From an uncultured Gammaproteobacteria bacterium (GTDB lineage: Bacteria > Patescibacteriota > Microgenomatia > Levybacterales > GWA1-39-11), in contig CAZAJO010000003.1 of assembly GCA_964485575.1 (NCBI GenBank), positions 19,722 through 83,721 of the forward strand: DNA of 64,000 nucleotides, written 5' to 3'. The position numbers and the translations under genes are program-made. Positions within the stretch are counted from its first letter, which is position 1; each line of letters begins with the position of its first letter. Below, in pieces: positions 38,717-47,698 of the stretch. The notes under the pieces are model-generated. The model was not told the origin of the DNA. It was given only the letters and a program-made list of their open reading frames with translations, and ran no database searches.

Positions 38717-38756
38717 ATCATAAAATGTTATGTAATGTATAACTTTTTTAGTTATT

Positions 38757-39443
38757 ATGGTCACGGAGAGATTAGACTTGAAACCTGTTCAGAGATTACT
38801 TGCTAGACATGCTCAACACAACTCTCCTTACTCGCAAGAGTTTGGAGGACTTAACTTAGTTATCTACCCAGACGTTTTTAATCCAGCCTATACTACGGTA
38901 AGTAGTTTATTACATGAAAATTTATCTATTGATCCCGGAGATAGAGTATTAGATATGTTTTGCGGATCTGGCGTACTGGGATTATCTGTAGCAGGATTAG
39001 CAGAAAAGGTTGTTGGTGTAGACATAGCTCCTATTGCAATAAAGTGCGCAACAGAAAACGCTTCAACCAATGGATTGTCGGAAAAAACTGAATTTAGATG
39101 CGGAAATGTATGGGGTGCGGTGAATGAAGGAGAAGTATTCGACTTAATTATTGCAAATCCTCCACTGCTTCCTGCCTACCCGGAATCCATACTTGAAGCT
39201 GCTGTTGCTGATAGTCCTGAGATGAGTATTACTACGAGATTTATAAATGAATGTGGAAAATACCTATCCAAAAAAGGACGAGCTTTAATGGCATTTTCTG
39301 ATGCATCTAGAATTGTATTTGATAATCCACTAGATCATGTTAGAAAATTATCGGACAAAGCAGGATTGTCTATGAATATAAAGGCCGAAAAAGATATGGT
39401 GTATGAAGTATATAGGATTTTAGAATTCAGGAGGAGCATGTAA
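38757..39443 (+). CDS. Class I SAM-dependent methyltransferase (HemK/MTS-like)
   Basis: VLDMFCGSG, FDLIIANPP. Confidence 0.88.
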   Translation: MVTERLDLKPVQRLLARHAQHNSPYSQEFGGLNLVIYPDVFNPAYTTVSSLLHENLSIDPGDRVLDMFCGSGVLGLSVAGLAEKVVGVDIAPIAIKCATENASTNGLSEKTEFRCGNVWGAVNEGEVFDLIIANPPLLPAYPESILEAAVADSPEMSITTRFINECGKYLSKKGRALMAFSDASRIVFDNPLDHVRKLSDKAGLSMNIKAEKDMVYEVYRILEFRRSM

Positions 39444-40603
39444 TGGCAAAAATAATAGCAACTGCGGAAAACTTTGCATTTGGTCCTGCAAGTAAGCTTG
39501 TTACTGTTTGTGAGAAACTATTGCAAAATGGGCATGAAGTAATTTTTGTGGGAGAAGGCACAGCCTATCAGCTAGCAAGCAAAGTAAAATTCACAAAGAT
39601 TTATAAATATAACACTGACAATAAAAGTTTTATGAAATGGGGAGAAAAAGTCTTTAAACAAGCAGATATTCTTCTATCTAGTGTTGATAGATCAAGTGTG
39701 ATTCTCGCTAAAAAAATAGGGCTTCCCGTCATTTGGCTAGATATGCTTTTTTGGTGGTGGGATGAAATTCCAGAATATTTGTTCGATATAGATTTATATA
39801 TCCAACAAAATTCCGTGAAAAATGAAAGAAACATGAATAGATATAAGAATAAGATAAAAAACATGGTGATAGTGGGTCCGATTATTGATAAATCTTACAA
39901 TAAAAACAAGAAATTAAATCAACTACTTGTTGCTTTTGGAGGTTCCAATGCAGAAGGATGGGTAAAAATTGGAAGAGATACAAACTACCCTTATACTTTC
40001 GCAAATTTAATAATAAACAAAGTTCACACGGATAAATATGACAAAGTTTTATTTGCAGGAAATGAAGAGATTATGGCTAACCTGCAAAAAAAACACGGCA
40101 ACGAAAAGTTTAAATTTTCCATCCTTTCTCATGAAGAATGGCTAAGAGAAGTAGACAGATCTAGAGATATTTTAATCAATCCTGGGTTGGAGGCTCCACT
40201 AGAAGCAATAGCTTATGGTAAACCAATCTTTTTCCTTCCACCATATAACAGCAGCGCGTACGTGGAATTAGACGAATTTAGAGAGAAGGGATTAGCTGAT
40301 AAAAATAATTCAATTCATTTTTCTGATTATTTCCCTCATAAAAATTTAGCTGGAAGGGATTTAAAACAAATCATGACAGAATTCCTCGAGGAATTAAGAA
40401 AATTTGAAAATTCTCAAGAAATTTTGGACAATTGTGCAAGAAGAATTAATCAGTATCTACAATTATCCAGTAAAGAAAAGGATGCACAAAAACATAGACA
40501 GAACCAATTTATTAAAAGTTTGGGTAAAGAAGGATTGACAGATACAGTTTCTCTAATCAATAACATTATTTCTAATATTTCAAATAAACCATATGTTAAG
40601 TGA
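39443..40603 (+). CDS. GT-B glycosyltransferase, possibly cytosylglucuronate (CGA) synthase-related
   Basis: N-terminal ENFAFGPASKL, WLDMLFWWW, PGLEAPLEA..GKPIFFLPP; family assignment recalled, not searched. Confidence 0.55.
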   Translation: MAKIIATAENFAFGPASKLVTVCEKLLQNGHEVIFVGEGTAYQLASKVKFTKIYKYNTDNKSFMKWGEKVFKQADILLSSVDRSSVILAKKIGLPVIWLDMLFWWWDEIPEYLFDIDLYIQQNSVKNERNMNRYKNKIKNMVIVGPIIDKSYNKNKKLNQLLVAFGGSNAEGWVKIGRDTNYPYTFANLIINKVHTDKYDKVLFAGNEEIMANLQKKHGNEKFKFSILSHEEWLREVDRSRDILINPGLEAPLEAIAYGKPIFFLPPYNSSAYVELDEFREKGLADKNNSIHFSDYFPHKNLAGRDLKQIMTEFLEELRKFENSQEILDNCARRINQYLQLSSKEKDAQKHRQNQFIKSLGKEGLTDTVSLINNIISNISNKPYVK

Positions 40604-41678
40604 AGTAGAGCCAATAGTTAACAAACATATGGCAAGTACTGAAAATGGGTACCTTTTAAGGAGATTAAGAGGCGGAATTAGTAGTGAAAACTATCAAGTA
40701 ACCCCTAACGTTCCTGATGAAGCAACCCACTCAGTAGTATTTACACTCTTTAGAGATCCATCTACCTGGGGTAGTATTGAAAGAGAAAATACTATTTATG
40801 ATCTTGTTAAAGATGATAAGGATGTTCGAATCCCTAAGATATTTGATTCAGGCATTGACAATATTGACGGTGTGCAAGTTGCCTTTTTACTCAGAGAATT
40901 TCTTGAAGGAGAAGACCTAGATACTATTTTAGATTCAAGACTTAACCCTCAGAGAAAAATGGGTGAAATAGCTGATATTGCAAAAGACTTAGGATTCAGA
41001 CTAGGAGCATTACATAGACATGATACTTCTATGTATGGTTTGATTGGAAAACCAAATAATGGATATACAAGTTGGGGTAATTATATTTTTGATGAGATAG
41101 AAAACGAAGCGCGACTTATTGGAGAAGTACCTCAAGAAAAGCAAATAGGAAGAACTAAGGCTGGAGATGTAGCTAAAACTTTATCTGGCTTAAGCGTCGT
41201 CTTCGGTACAATGCAAGATGCGTTTCGTATAAAAGAAAACCCGAGTTTAGCTCATGGCGATGCAAGGTTTGCGAATTTTATAGCCGAAAAAGACCATAAT
41301 AAATGGGGCATACAAGGAATGATTGACATGGAAGAAGCAACTGGCGGAGATCCCGAAATTGATATCGCCTTTATTGAAAATTGGCTGCACTTTGCGGATT
41401 ATAAAGTCGATTTCTATGCTCAATCACGGTATTTTACTCAAGGATATTTAAGTGTTAGAGGAATTAGCCCGAAATATAATGAGCGAAGATTAGCATATCA
41501 TGCTTTACGTTCTTTATCATACCTGAGAACAGTTTTTGGTTTTGATATAGATACTTTCTTGAGCATGAATTCGAGGAATGAGGCGTATGTGAAGAAACAT
41601 TTCGAAATTCTTGATTCCATTTCAAAGGGAAACGGTTTAGAGGATCTAGATATTAGACCTTTAATAAAGTTACATTAG
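40593..41678 (+). CDS. Aminoglycoside phosphotransferase/choline kinase-family protein
   Basis: HGDARFAN, IDME, GDPEID. Confidence 0.85.
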   Translation: MLSEVEPIVNKHMASTENGYLLRRLRGGISSENYQVTPNVPDEATHSVVFTLFRDPSTWGSIERENTIYDLVKDDKDVRIPKIFDSGIDNIDGVQVAFLLREFLEGEDLDTILDSRLNPQRKMGEIADIAKDLGFRLGALHRHDTSMYGLIGKPNNGYTSWGNYIFDEIENEARLIGEVPQEKQIGRTKAGDVAKTLSGLSVVFGTMQDAFRIKENPSLAHGDARFANFIAEKDHNKWGIQGMIDMEEATGGDPEIDIAFIENWLHFADYKVDFYAQSRYFTQGYLSVRGISPKYNERRLAYHALRSLSYLRTVFGFDIDTFLSMNSRNEAYVKKHFEILDSISKGNGLEDLDIRPLIKLH

Positions 41679-41679
41679 T

Positions 41680-42681
41680 ATGAAGAATAAACACGATGAA
41701 AGTTTCTATAAAAATAAAAAAGTATTAATTACTGGAGGCTTAGGATTTTTAGGCAGTAGTCTTGCAATTGAATTAGTAAAGCTTGGGGCTGACGTTACAG
41801 TTGTAGACTCGCTTATAAAAGGGTACGGAGGGAATATATATAATGTCCAGGATGTAAAAAATAAGATAAACATAAACATTTCTGACGTTCGGGATAGATA
41901 TAGCATGGATTACCTGGTGAAGGATAAGGAGATAATGTTTAATTTAGCAGGTACGTTAAGTCATGTTGATAGTATGGCTGATCCCTTTTCCGATCTTGAA
42001 ATAAATTGCAAAAGCCAGCTTTCTATATTGGAATCTTGTAGGCATAATAATCCAGAAATTAAAATTGTATGGGCGGGAACGAGAAATCAATATGGTAGAG
42101 CACAATATTTACCCGTTAATGAAGATCATCCACAAGTTCCGACAGATGTTAACGGAATTAATAATATTGCCGGTGAACAATATCACCTTCTCTACAATTC
42201 AGTCTATGGATTAAAAACCTGTTCTCTGAGGTTAACAAATTGTTATGGCCCAAGACATCAAATGCGACATTCCAGGCAAGGGGTTTTAAACTGGTTTATA
42301 AGACAAATTATGGATGGAGAAGAAATAAAATTATTTGGTTCAGGAATACAAATTCGAGATATTAACTTTGTTGATGATGTGACCAATGCATTTCTATTGG
42401 TAGGTGCCGCTGATAACGTTTGGGGGCAGGCGTACAATTTAGGAGGAAACGCTGTAAGCCTGGAAGAGTTTGTAAAAAAAATAATTAAAGTCTATGGTAA
42501 AGGTAGATTTAGCTCAGCAGAGTTTACTGATGATAGAAAAAAAATAGAGATAGGGAATTATATAGCAGATTGGGGAAAAATAAAAAAAGATGTAAATTGG
42601 AAACCAATTGTTAACGTAGAAAAAGGCATAGAAAGAACAATTAAGTACTATGAAAAAAACAAAAAACAATATTGGGGTTAA
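41680..42681 (+). CDS. NAD-dependent epimerase/dehydratase (NDP-sugar)
   Basis: ITGGLGFLG, NLAG, RLTNCYGP, RDINFVDD. Confidence 0.92.
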   Translation: MKNKHDESFYKNKKVLITGGLGFLGSSLAIELVKLGADVTVVDSLIKGYGGNIYNVQDVKNKININISDVRDRYSMDYLVKDKEIMFNLAGTLSHVDSMADPFSDLEINCKSQLSILESCRHNNPEIKIVWAGTRNQYGRAQYLPVNEDHPQVPTDVNGINNIAGEQYHLLYNSVYGLKTCSLRLTNCYGPRHQMRHSRQGVLNWFIRQIMDGEEIKLFGSGIQIRDINFVDDVTNAFLLVGAADNVWGQAYNLGGNAVSLEEFVKKIIKVYGKGRFSSAEFTDDRKKIEIGNYIADWGKIKKDVNWKPIVNVEKGIERTIKYYEKNKKQYWG

Positions 42682-43780
42682 GGTCCCATTTTTTCCAGCG
42701 GCAATAGAATACGCTTCGATAATGCATGATTTGCATGATGCCCTAGATGAGGTCGGAAGAAGTGGAAGATTAATTTTTGGACAAAAAGTTAATACCCTTG
42801 AAAACACAATCGCAAAATTAATGGAGTCTAAATATTGTGTAACTTGTGCTTCCGGAACTGATGCGATCATGCTTTCACTAAAGGCATTAGGAATCAAATC
42901 TGGTGATGAAGTAATTGTTCCTGCAAATGCGTACCCAACAGTATTTGGAGTTGTCCTAGCGGGTGCAATACCAAAATTAATAGATGTTAAAAATGAAACA
43001 GGTAATTTAAATCCCAAGCTTCTTAAAGATGCAATAACAAAAAAAACAAAAGCTGTCATTTTAGTTCATCTTTATGGGTTGGCTGCTGATATTCATGAAG
43101 TCAAAAAAATTTGTAAACAAAAAGGGGTATATTTGATTGAAGATTGTGCTCAGGCTTTTGGGTCAATGCATAAAGGAAGTCCGGTTGGTTCATTCGGGGA
43201 TATATCAATATTAAGTTTTTACCCAACAAAAAATCTTGGTGCATTAGGTGATGGTGGTGCGATAGTAACATCAATCAAAAAGGTACATGAAAAACTCTTG
43301 ATGTTGAGAATGTACGGAGAGAAAAAACGTTATGACAGTGAGTTGCTAAGCGGTCACAGTCGCCTTGATGAGTTACAAGCTGCATTTTTACTAAAAAAAC
43401 TTAGAAAATTGAACGGTTGGATTACAAGACGAAAAAGGCTTGCTAAAATTTACATGGAATCTTTATCTAATATTAAAAACCTATCACTACCCATAGATCA
43501 TTTAGAAGAGCATACGTATCATTTGTTCGTTGTTCAAACTGAATATCGAGATGAACTTCAGCTTTGGCTTTCTAAAAATGGCATAGAAACTGGTATCCAT
43601 TATCCAAAATCAATACATTTAACAAAAACATTTTCTTTTGCTGGAAAAGTTGGAGATTTTCCTGTTTCTGAAAAACATAACAGAACTGTACTGTCTCTAC
43701 CCATGCATCAGTTTTTAACTTATAAACAAATAAAATATGTTTCTAGTAAAATTGTAGATTTTTTTGAGACAATTAGTTAA
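42650..43780 (+). CDS. DegT/DnrJ/EryC1/StrS PLP aminotransferase
   Basis: SGTDA, VHLYG, EDCAQA, SFYPTKNLGALGDGG. Confidence 0.94.
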   Translation: MKKTKNNIGVKVPFFPAAIEYASIMHDLHDALDEVGRSGRLIFGQKVNTLENTIAKLMESKYCVTCASGTDAIMLSLKALGIKSGDEVIVPANAYPTVFGVVLAGAIPKLIDVKNETGNLNPKLLKDAITKKTKAVILVHLYGLAADIHEVKKICKQKGVYLIEDCAQAFGSMHKGSPVGSFGDISILSFYPTKNLGALGDGGAIVTSIKKVHEKLLMLRMYGEKKRYDSELLSGHSRLDELQAAFLLKKLRKLNGWITRRKRLAKIYMESLSNIKNLSLPIDHLEEHTYHLFVVQTEYRDELQLWLSKNGIETGIHYPKSIHLTKTFSFAGKVGDFPVSEKHNRTVLSLPMHQFLTYKQIKYVSSKIVDFFETIS

Positions 43781-43789
43781 TTAAAAAAT

Positions 43790-44215
43790 ATGAAAGTTTT
43801 TATAGCAGGTATAATGCAAGGAAATCGTAAGGATAAACTGATCCACTCTCAAGATTATAGAGAAATCATATCTAATAAATTAGATCTGATTGTGGAAAAC
43901 GTTGAGGTAATCGATCCTGATAAGACTGACCCGGATAGATTATCTTATAACCATGAACAAGCAAAAGAAATGTTTTTTAAATATTGTAAAATAGCCGGAG
44001 AAGCGGACTTGTTAATAGCCTACATTCCAGAAGCCAGTATGGGATCTGCGGTGGAAATGTGGATGGCGTATCAAGCAAGAATCCCAATAGTAACTATCTC
44101 TTCAATGAAAGCAAATTGGGTAATTAAATTGTTATCAAACGAGATATATGAAACCTTAGAAGAATTCATTGAAAATTTTGACAACGATATGCTTAGCAAG
44201 CTAAAAACCATTTAG
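43790..44215 (+). CDS. Nucleoside 2-deoxyribosyltransferase/NMP hydrolase-like protein
   Basis: KVFIAG, ADLLIAY, SMGSAVEMWMAY..IP; catalytic Glu position present. Confidence 0.7.
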   Translation: MKVFIAGIMQGNRKDKLIHSQDYREIISNKLDLIVENVEVIDPDKTDPDRLSYNHEQAKEMFFKYCKIAGEADLLIAYIPEASMGSAVEMWMAYQARIPIVTISSMKANWVIKLLSNEIYETLEEFIENFDNDMLSKLKTI

Positions 44216-44803
44216 ATGATCTATAAAGTTAATATTAATTAATTTATACTCTTTGCTTATTGGGTCAAAATATACAGTAGTAATTGAAGCCTCATTAATC
44301 GTATCTTCGAGGGAATCAGTAAGTGATGGTACTACTGATTTCAATAATTTCTCATCGAATATATTCCGTAAAAAATCCCCAATAATTCCCCCATGCGTAA
44401 CTAATACTAGATTAAGATCAGAATAATCTGACGAACTAATTATCTTATGTATTCTATTTCCAGCATCTCTAGACGAGTCGCCGACAGGCGGAATCCAATC
44501 TCTGTCTACTGTGGATCTGTTCCACATCTCTAAAAATTGTTCAAATGACTGATTTTGATCATCTCCCCAATTTGCACGCTCTCTAAGCAAGTCGTCGACC
44601 TTAAATGTAAGGTTTAATTCCTTTGAGATAATTTCCGCGGTTTGCTTAGATCTTAAAATGGGGCTAGACAAAACAACGTGTACATTTTTATTAGAGAGAT
44701 GTTGGGCGGTTTTTTTAACCTGCGCTTGCCCTTTAGCTGTCAATGGAGGATCACCTTTAATTTTTTGCTTCTCTCCGTGTCTTATTATGTAGATAGTGGT
44801 AGC
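44201..44803 (-). CDS. Histidine phosphatase (phosphoglycerate mutase family)
   Basis: IRHGE, SSPILRSKQTA, VTHGG; start taken at MATTIYIIRHG. Confidence 0.9.
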   Translation of the reverse strand, partial: ATTIYIIRHGEKQKIKGDPPLTAKGQAQVKKTAQHLSNKNVHVVLSSPILRSKQTAEIISKELNLTFKVDDLLRERANWGDDQNQSFEQFLEMWNRSTVDRDWIPPVGDSSRDAGNRIHKIISSSDYSDLNLVLVTHGGIIGDFLRNIFDEKLLKSVVPSLTDSLEDTINEASITTVYFDPISKEYKLININFIDHLNGF

Positions 44804-44915
44804 CATAAAAAAATTATACAACAAATTACTTAAATTTAAGACAATTTATGAACCTGAGCATAATATTGCATTTTTTACTCTTGCATTTGTAAGAAAAAGA
44901 AGCAAAAATATTTAT

Positions 44916-45517
44916 ATGGATGAAAACCAGTATAAAGAAAGTCCTGAAACTAGAGAGATTAAAAGTGAGATAGCGCAGGAGAAACCTCGTGATGAGGAAG
45001 GGCATTTTGTTCACGTAGAGCAGCCCCAGACCTCCACAACACCACATTTTAATCCTATCTCTCATTCCTCCACGATGAAACAGCCATCCACAAATCCAAT
45101 GATGATGAGCTTATCGATGTCCATGTGGGAAATCCTCTTCACAAGATTGTGGAACTGCTTCAAGATATAAAAAAGCAAAAAGCATTTAGTTTTACTCTTA
45201 AAGGTTCTTTGGGTATTGCGGGGGTAGCACTTGCCCTTGGGATGTTCGGAATTTTCGGAGCGGGAAATTTACTGTGCGAGAAAGGCACTCAAAAAGAGAT
45301 TGGGGTAATCAAAACCCTCAGTGTTATGGAAGAGGAACCAGTGGCAATTCCGCTTTTGTCAGACATTATTGATTATTTTGCGCCAAGAGCCAGACACTAC
45401 AGCGTTGTTTTGATTAGAAAAGATGAGTCCGTCATTTCCCTTCCTTATTCTCGGAACGTAAATTTTTCTCAATACAATAATGCCCCCGTCATCGCCACCG
45501 GCAACTACGACGCTTGA
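44916..45517 (+). pseudogene. Frameshifted membrane-protein gene
   Basis: MDENQY...NPISH switches frame near 45065 to FLHDETAIHKSNDDELIDVHVGNPLHK...; the two track ORFs overlap in different frames. Confidence 0.55.
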
Positions 45518-45616
45518 GGCCAGAAACTAAAAAGTCACCGACCCGTCTGCTCTTGAAGGTTACAATACACTTCCCTAATCTATCCAAGCTCTCTTCTTCA
45601 AAAAACACGATAACAA

Positions 45617-45645
45617 TTGCTATCAGCCTCAAACAGGCGTATAAT
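45617..45645 (+). promoter_or_regulatory. Sigma70 promoter of the OLD nuclease gene
   Basis: TTGCTA-N17-TATAAT, 15 bp before ATG 45661. Confidence 0.65.
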
Positions 45646-45660
45646 TTTGCTAGCTCAAAC

Positions 45661-47295
45661 ATGTTTATAAAATCCCTAAAAATCAAGAACTTCAGATCAA
45701 TAAAACATCTTGATATTGAACCAAGCGATTTATGCGCTATTATTGGACCCAATAGTGCTGGAAAAACAAATATTCTAAAAGCAATAGATTTGATTCTTGG
45801 AGAAGGATGGACAACGAAAGCAAAAGTTGCAAAAGAGCTATTCAATGATCCAGACAAGCCGGTTGAAATAGCAATAGAATTAGATGAATCTATAAGCTTC
45901 ACGGGAGGAAAAGGATATGACGTTACTGTTTCAAGTATAGAGTTGGAAATGACACTACGTCCTGAACTACATGTTCAGACAACAATAAATAGGGGTGATA
46001 AATTTTACGATCAAGAAAAATTTAAAAAATTATGCCATTTTATTTACATCCCTTCAGAAAGGTCTCTAGAGTCAGAATTGAGAGTTAGTCAGTGGACGAT
46101 GTTAGGTAAATTGATGAAACTTATTTATGAAGCATACCTTACAAACTACGACAACGATGAAGTAAAGTTAAAAGATGCATTTGAAAAGGAAATAAATCCG
46201 GCAAAAGAATTCCTTGAAAAAGATTTTTCAAATGGTTCAAGTCTAATAACTTTTAAAAAGTTTTCTGATGTATTTAAAAAATATTGTCTTAAAAATAGTG
46301 CGGGATTAGCAAATGGCTTTGAACCTGTCCTTAATATTTACAATATAAACTGGTTTTACAAAACTTTACAAATACATGTCAAGGAGGATCTGCCAGATAA
46401 ACATTTTGAAAGCGATGAAGTTGGTGCCGGAATGCAAACGCTTCTTATGATTTCAATTTTTCAAACCTATGCAGAACTTATGGGTGGAAGAGTTATCTTT
46501 GGAGTTGAAGAACCAGAGATTTATTTATATCCACAGGCACAAAGGTCTCTTTATAAAAACTTTATTGAATTATCAAACAATACGCAGATATTTTACACAA
46601 CACATAATCCAAATTTTGTTGATGCAGCCAGACCAGATAACATGCTTCTATTGAGAAAATCAACAGATAAGGGCACATATAAATTAGAAAAAAATGAATA
46701 TTTTAACTCAACAATTGCAGAGAAAGAGAAATATAAAATTTATACACATTTTAATCCAGAGAGAAATGAAGTATTTTTTGCGAGAAAAGTGTTATTGGTT
46801 GAAGGAGATTCCGATAAAATACTTTTTACCACGCTTTGTGAAGAAAAGTGGAATATAGATATAGATTTACTAGGTGTATCAATTATATCTTGTGGTGGAA
46901 AAAGTGGTGTTAATTATTTTATAGGTGTTTGTAATCTAATAGGCTTAGACGATTATTTTGCCGTTTGGGATGAGGACAATGATCATTTTCAACCAGATAA
47001 AGATTTCCTACCATATACGTTTGCAGCAAACAAAGGGCTAGAAATTAAAGAAAATTTAGAGAAATTTTTAAAGCTTTCTTCGAATAAAGACGCAACTAAA
47101 GTCAAGAATGCTTACGAATGGGCAATTAATATAAAAACAGATGACATCCCTCAAGAATTTAGGATTATAAAAGATTTCATTATTGAAGGATATCATCCAA
47201 AGAGTAGTAATAAGGTTGAGGTAGTAACTACAAATGTAATTGTCGAAACTACAGAAGTAGATACAGAACCTAACCCAGACGATATTCCATTTTAA
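45661..47295 (+). CDS. OLD-family ATP-dependent endonuclease (ABC ATPase + TOPRIM)
   Basis: IKNFRSI, GPNSAGKT, GAGMQ, VEEPEIYLYP, TTHNP, LLVEGDSD, WDED. Confidence 0.9.
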   Translation: MFIKSLKIKNFRSIKHLDIEPSDLCAIIGPNSAGKTNILKAIDLILGEGWTTKAKVAKELFNDPDKPVEIAIELDESISFTGGKGYDVTVSSIELEMTLRPELHVQTTINRGDKFYDQEKFKKLCHFIYIPSERSLESELRVSQWTMLGKLMKLIYEAYLTNYDNDEVKLKDAFEKEINPAKEFLEKDFSNGSSLITFKKFSDVFKKYCLKNSAGLANGFEPVLNIYNINWFYKTLQIHVKEDLPDKHFESDEVGAGMQTLLMISIFQTYAELMGGRVIFGVEEPEIYLYPQAQRSLYKNFIELSNNTQIFYTTHNPNFVDAARPDNMLLLRKSTDKGTYKLEKNEYFNSTIAEKEKYKIYTHFNPERNEVFFARKVLLVEGDSDKILFTTLCEEKWNIDIDLLGVSIISCGGKSGVNYFIGVCNLIGLDDYFAVWDEDNDHFQPDKDFLPYTFAANKGLEIKENLEKFLKLSSNKDATKVKNAYEWAINIKTDDIPQEFRIIKDFIIEGYHPKSSNKVEVVTTNVIVETTEVDTEPNPDDIPF

Positions 47296-47320
47296 CTACA
47301 TTTGATATATATCCTCTCAG

Positions 47321-47348
47321 TTGAAAAACTTCGTGAAACTGATATATT
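47321..47348 (+). promoter_or_regulatory. Putative sigma70 promoter for the ncRNA/recombinase transcript
   Basis: TTGAAA (47321-26), N16, TATATT (47343-48) with extended TG; predicted start ~47355 coincides with the first stem. Confidence 0.6.
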
Positions 47349-47354
47349 AAACTC

Positions 47355-47698
47355 GAACACAACACTTTGGATCTCTTTTTTGATGGCCGCTTTGGACAAT
47401 TGGAGAGATCCTGTTGTGTTCAACCAGAGCGGCCATTTTAGAAAATTTTTGCGTTTTCAAAAGGCGAGCCAACACATTTAAGGTACGCGGCGCCCGCACA
47501 CGCCGCGAAACATTGCGAGCCCCGAAGGGGCGAGCTAATAAAGAAGAGTTCTAACTTTTTGGTAGAGCTCGACATTTAAAGAGTTTTCATTTTTAAGCTC
47601 AGAAAGTTGGAGTCCCGCAAGTGCGGGACGGATTGCCCCAAAGCCCTTTTTGAGAATTGGGGAAAGTTGCCGAAAAGAAGTAGAAAACGCAAAAATTT
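47355..47698 (+). ncRNA. Candidate structured RNA/leader: pseudoknot plus closing stem enclosing an antisense copy of the element's joined ends
   Basis: Stems 47355-64/47412-21, 47369-76/47404-11, crossing stem 47383-95/47424-36, 16-bp stem 47443-58/47683-98; transcription is inferred. Confidence 0.55.
47486..47672 (-). repeat. 187-bp inverted copy of the predicted circular junction (attP) of the element
   Basis: 47486-47574 = reverse complement of 36728-36816; 47570-47672 = reverse complement of 49100-49202; the arms overlap at CGACA. Confidence 0.95.

Noticed and set aside
45515-45517. UGA recoding (genetic code 25)
   Set aside because: Other genes end normally at TGA and long ORFs are intact in code 11
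45514-45660. 49-aa N-terminal extension of the OLD nuclease in the ORF track
   Set aside because: A TTGCTA-N17-TATAAT promoter lies within it, and MFIKSLKIKNFRS at 45661 is the typical family start
36728-47574. Treating A/A' as terminal inverted repeats of a transposon
   Set aside because: No transposase or target-site duplication at those boundaries; A' is contiguous with B, and together they equal the circular junction
47486-47672. DGR template repeat or retron msr/msd
   Set aside because: No reverse transcriptase in the element; the copies are inverted and identical, without adenine-specific mismatches
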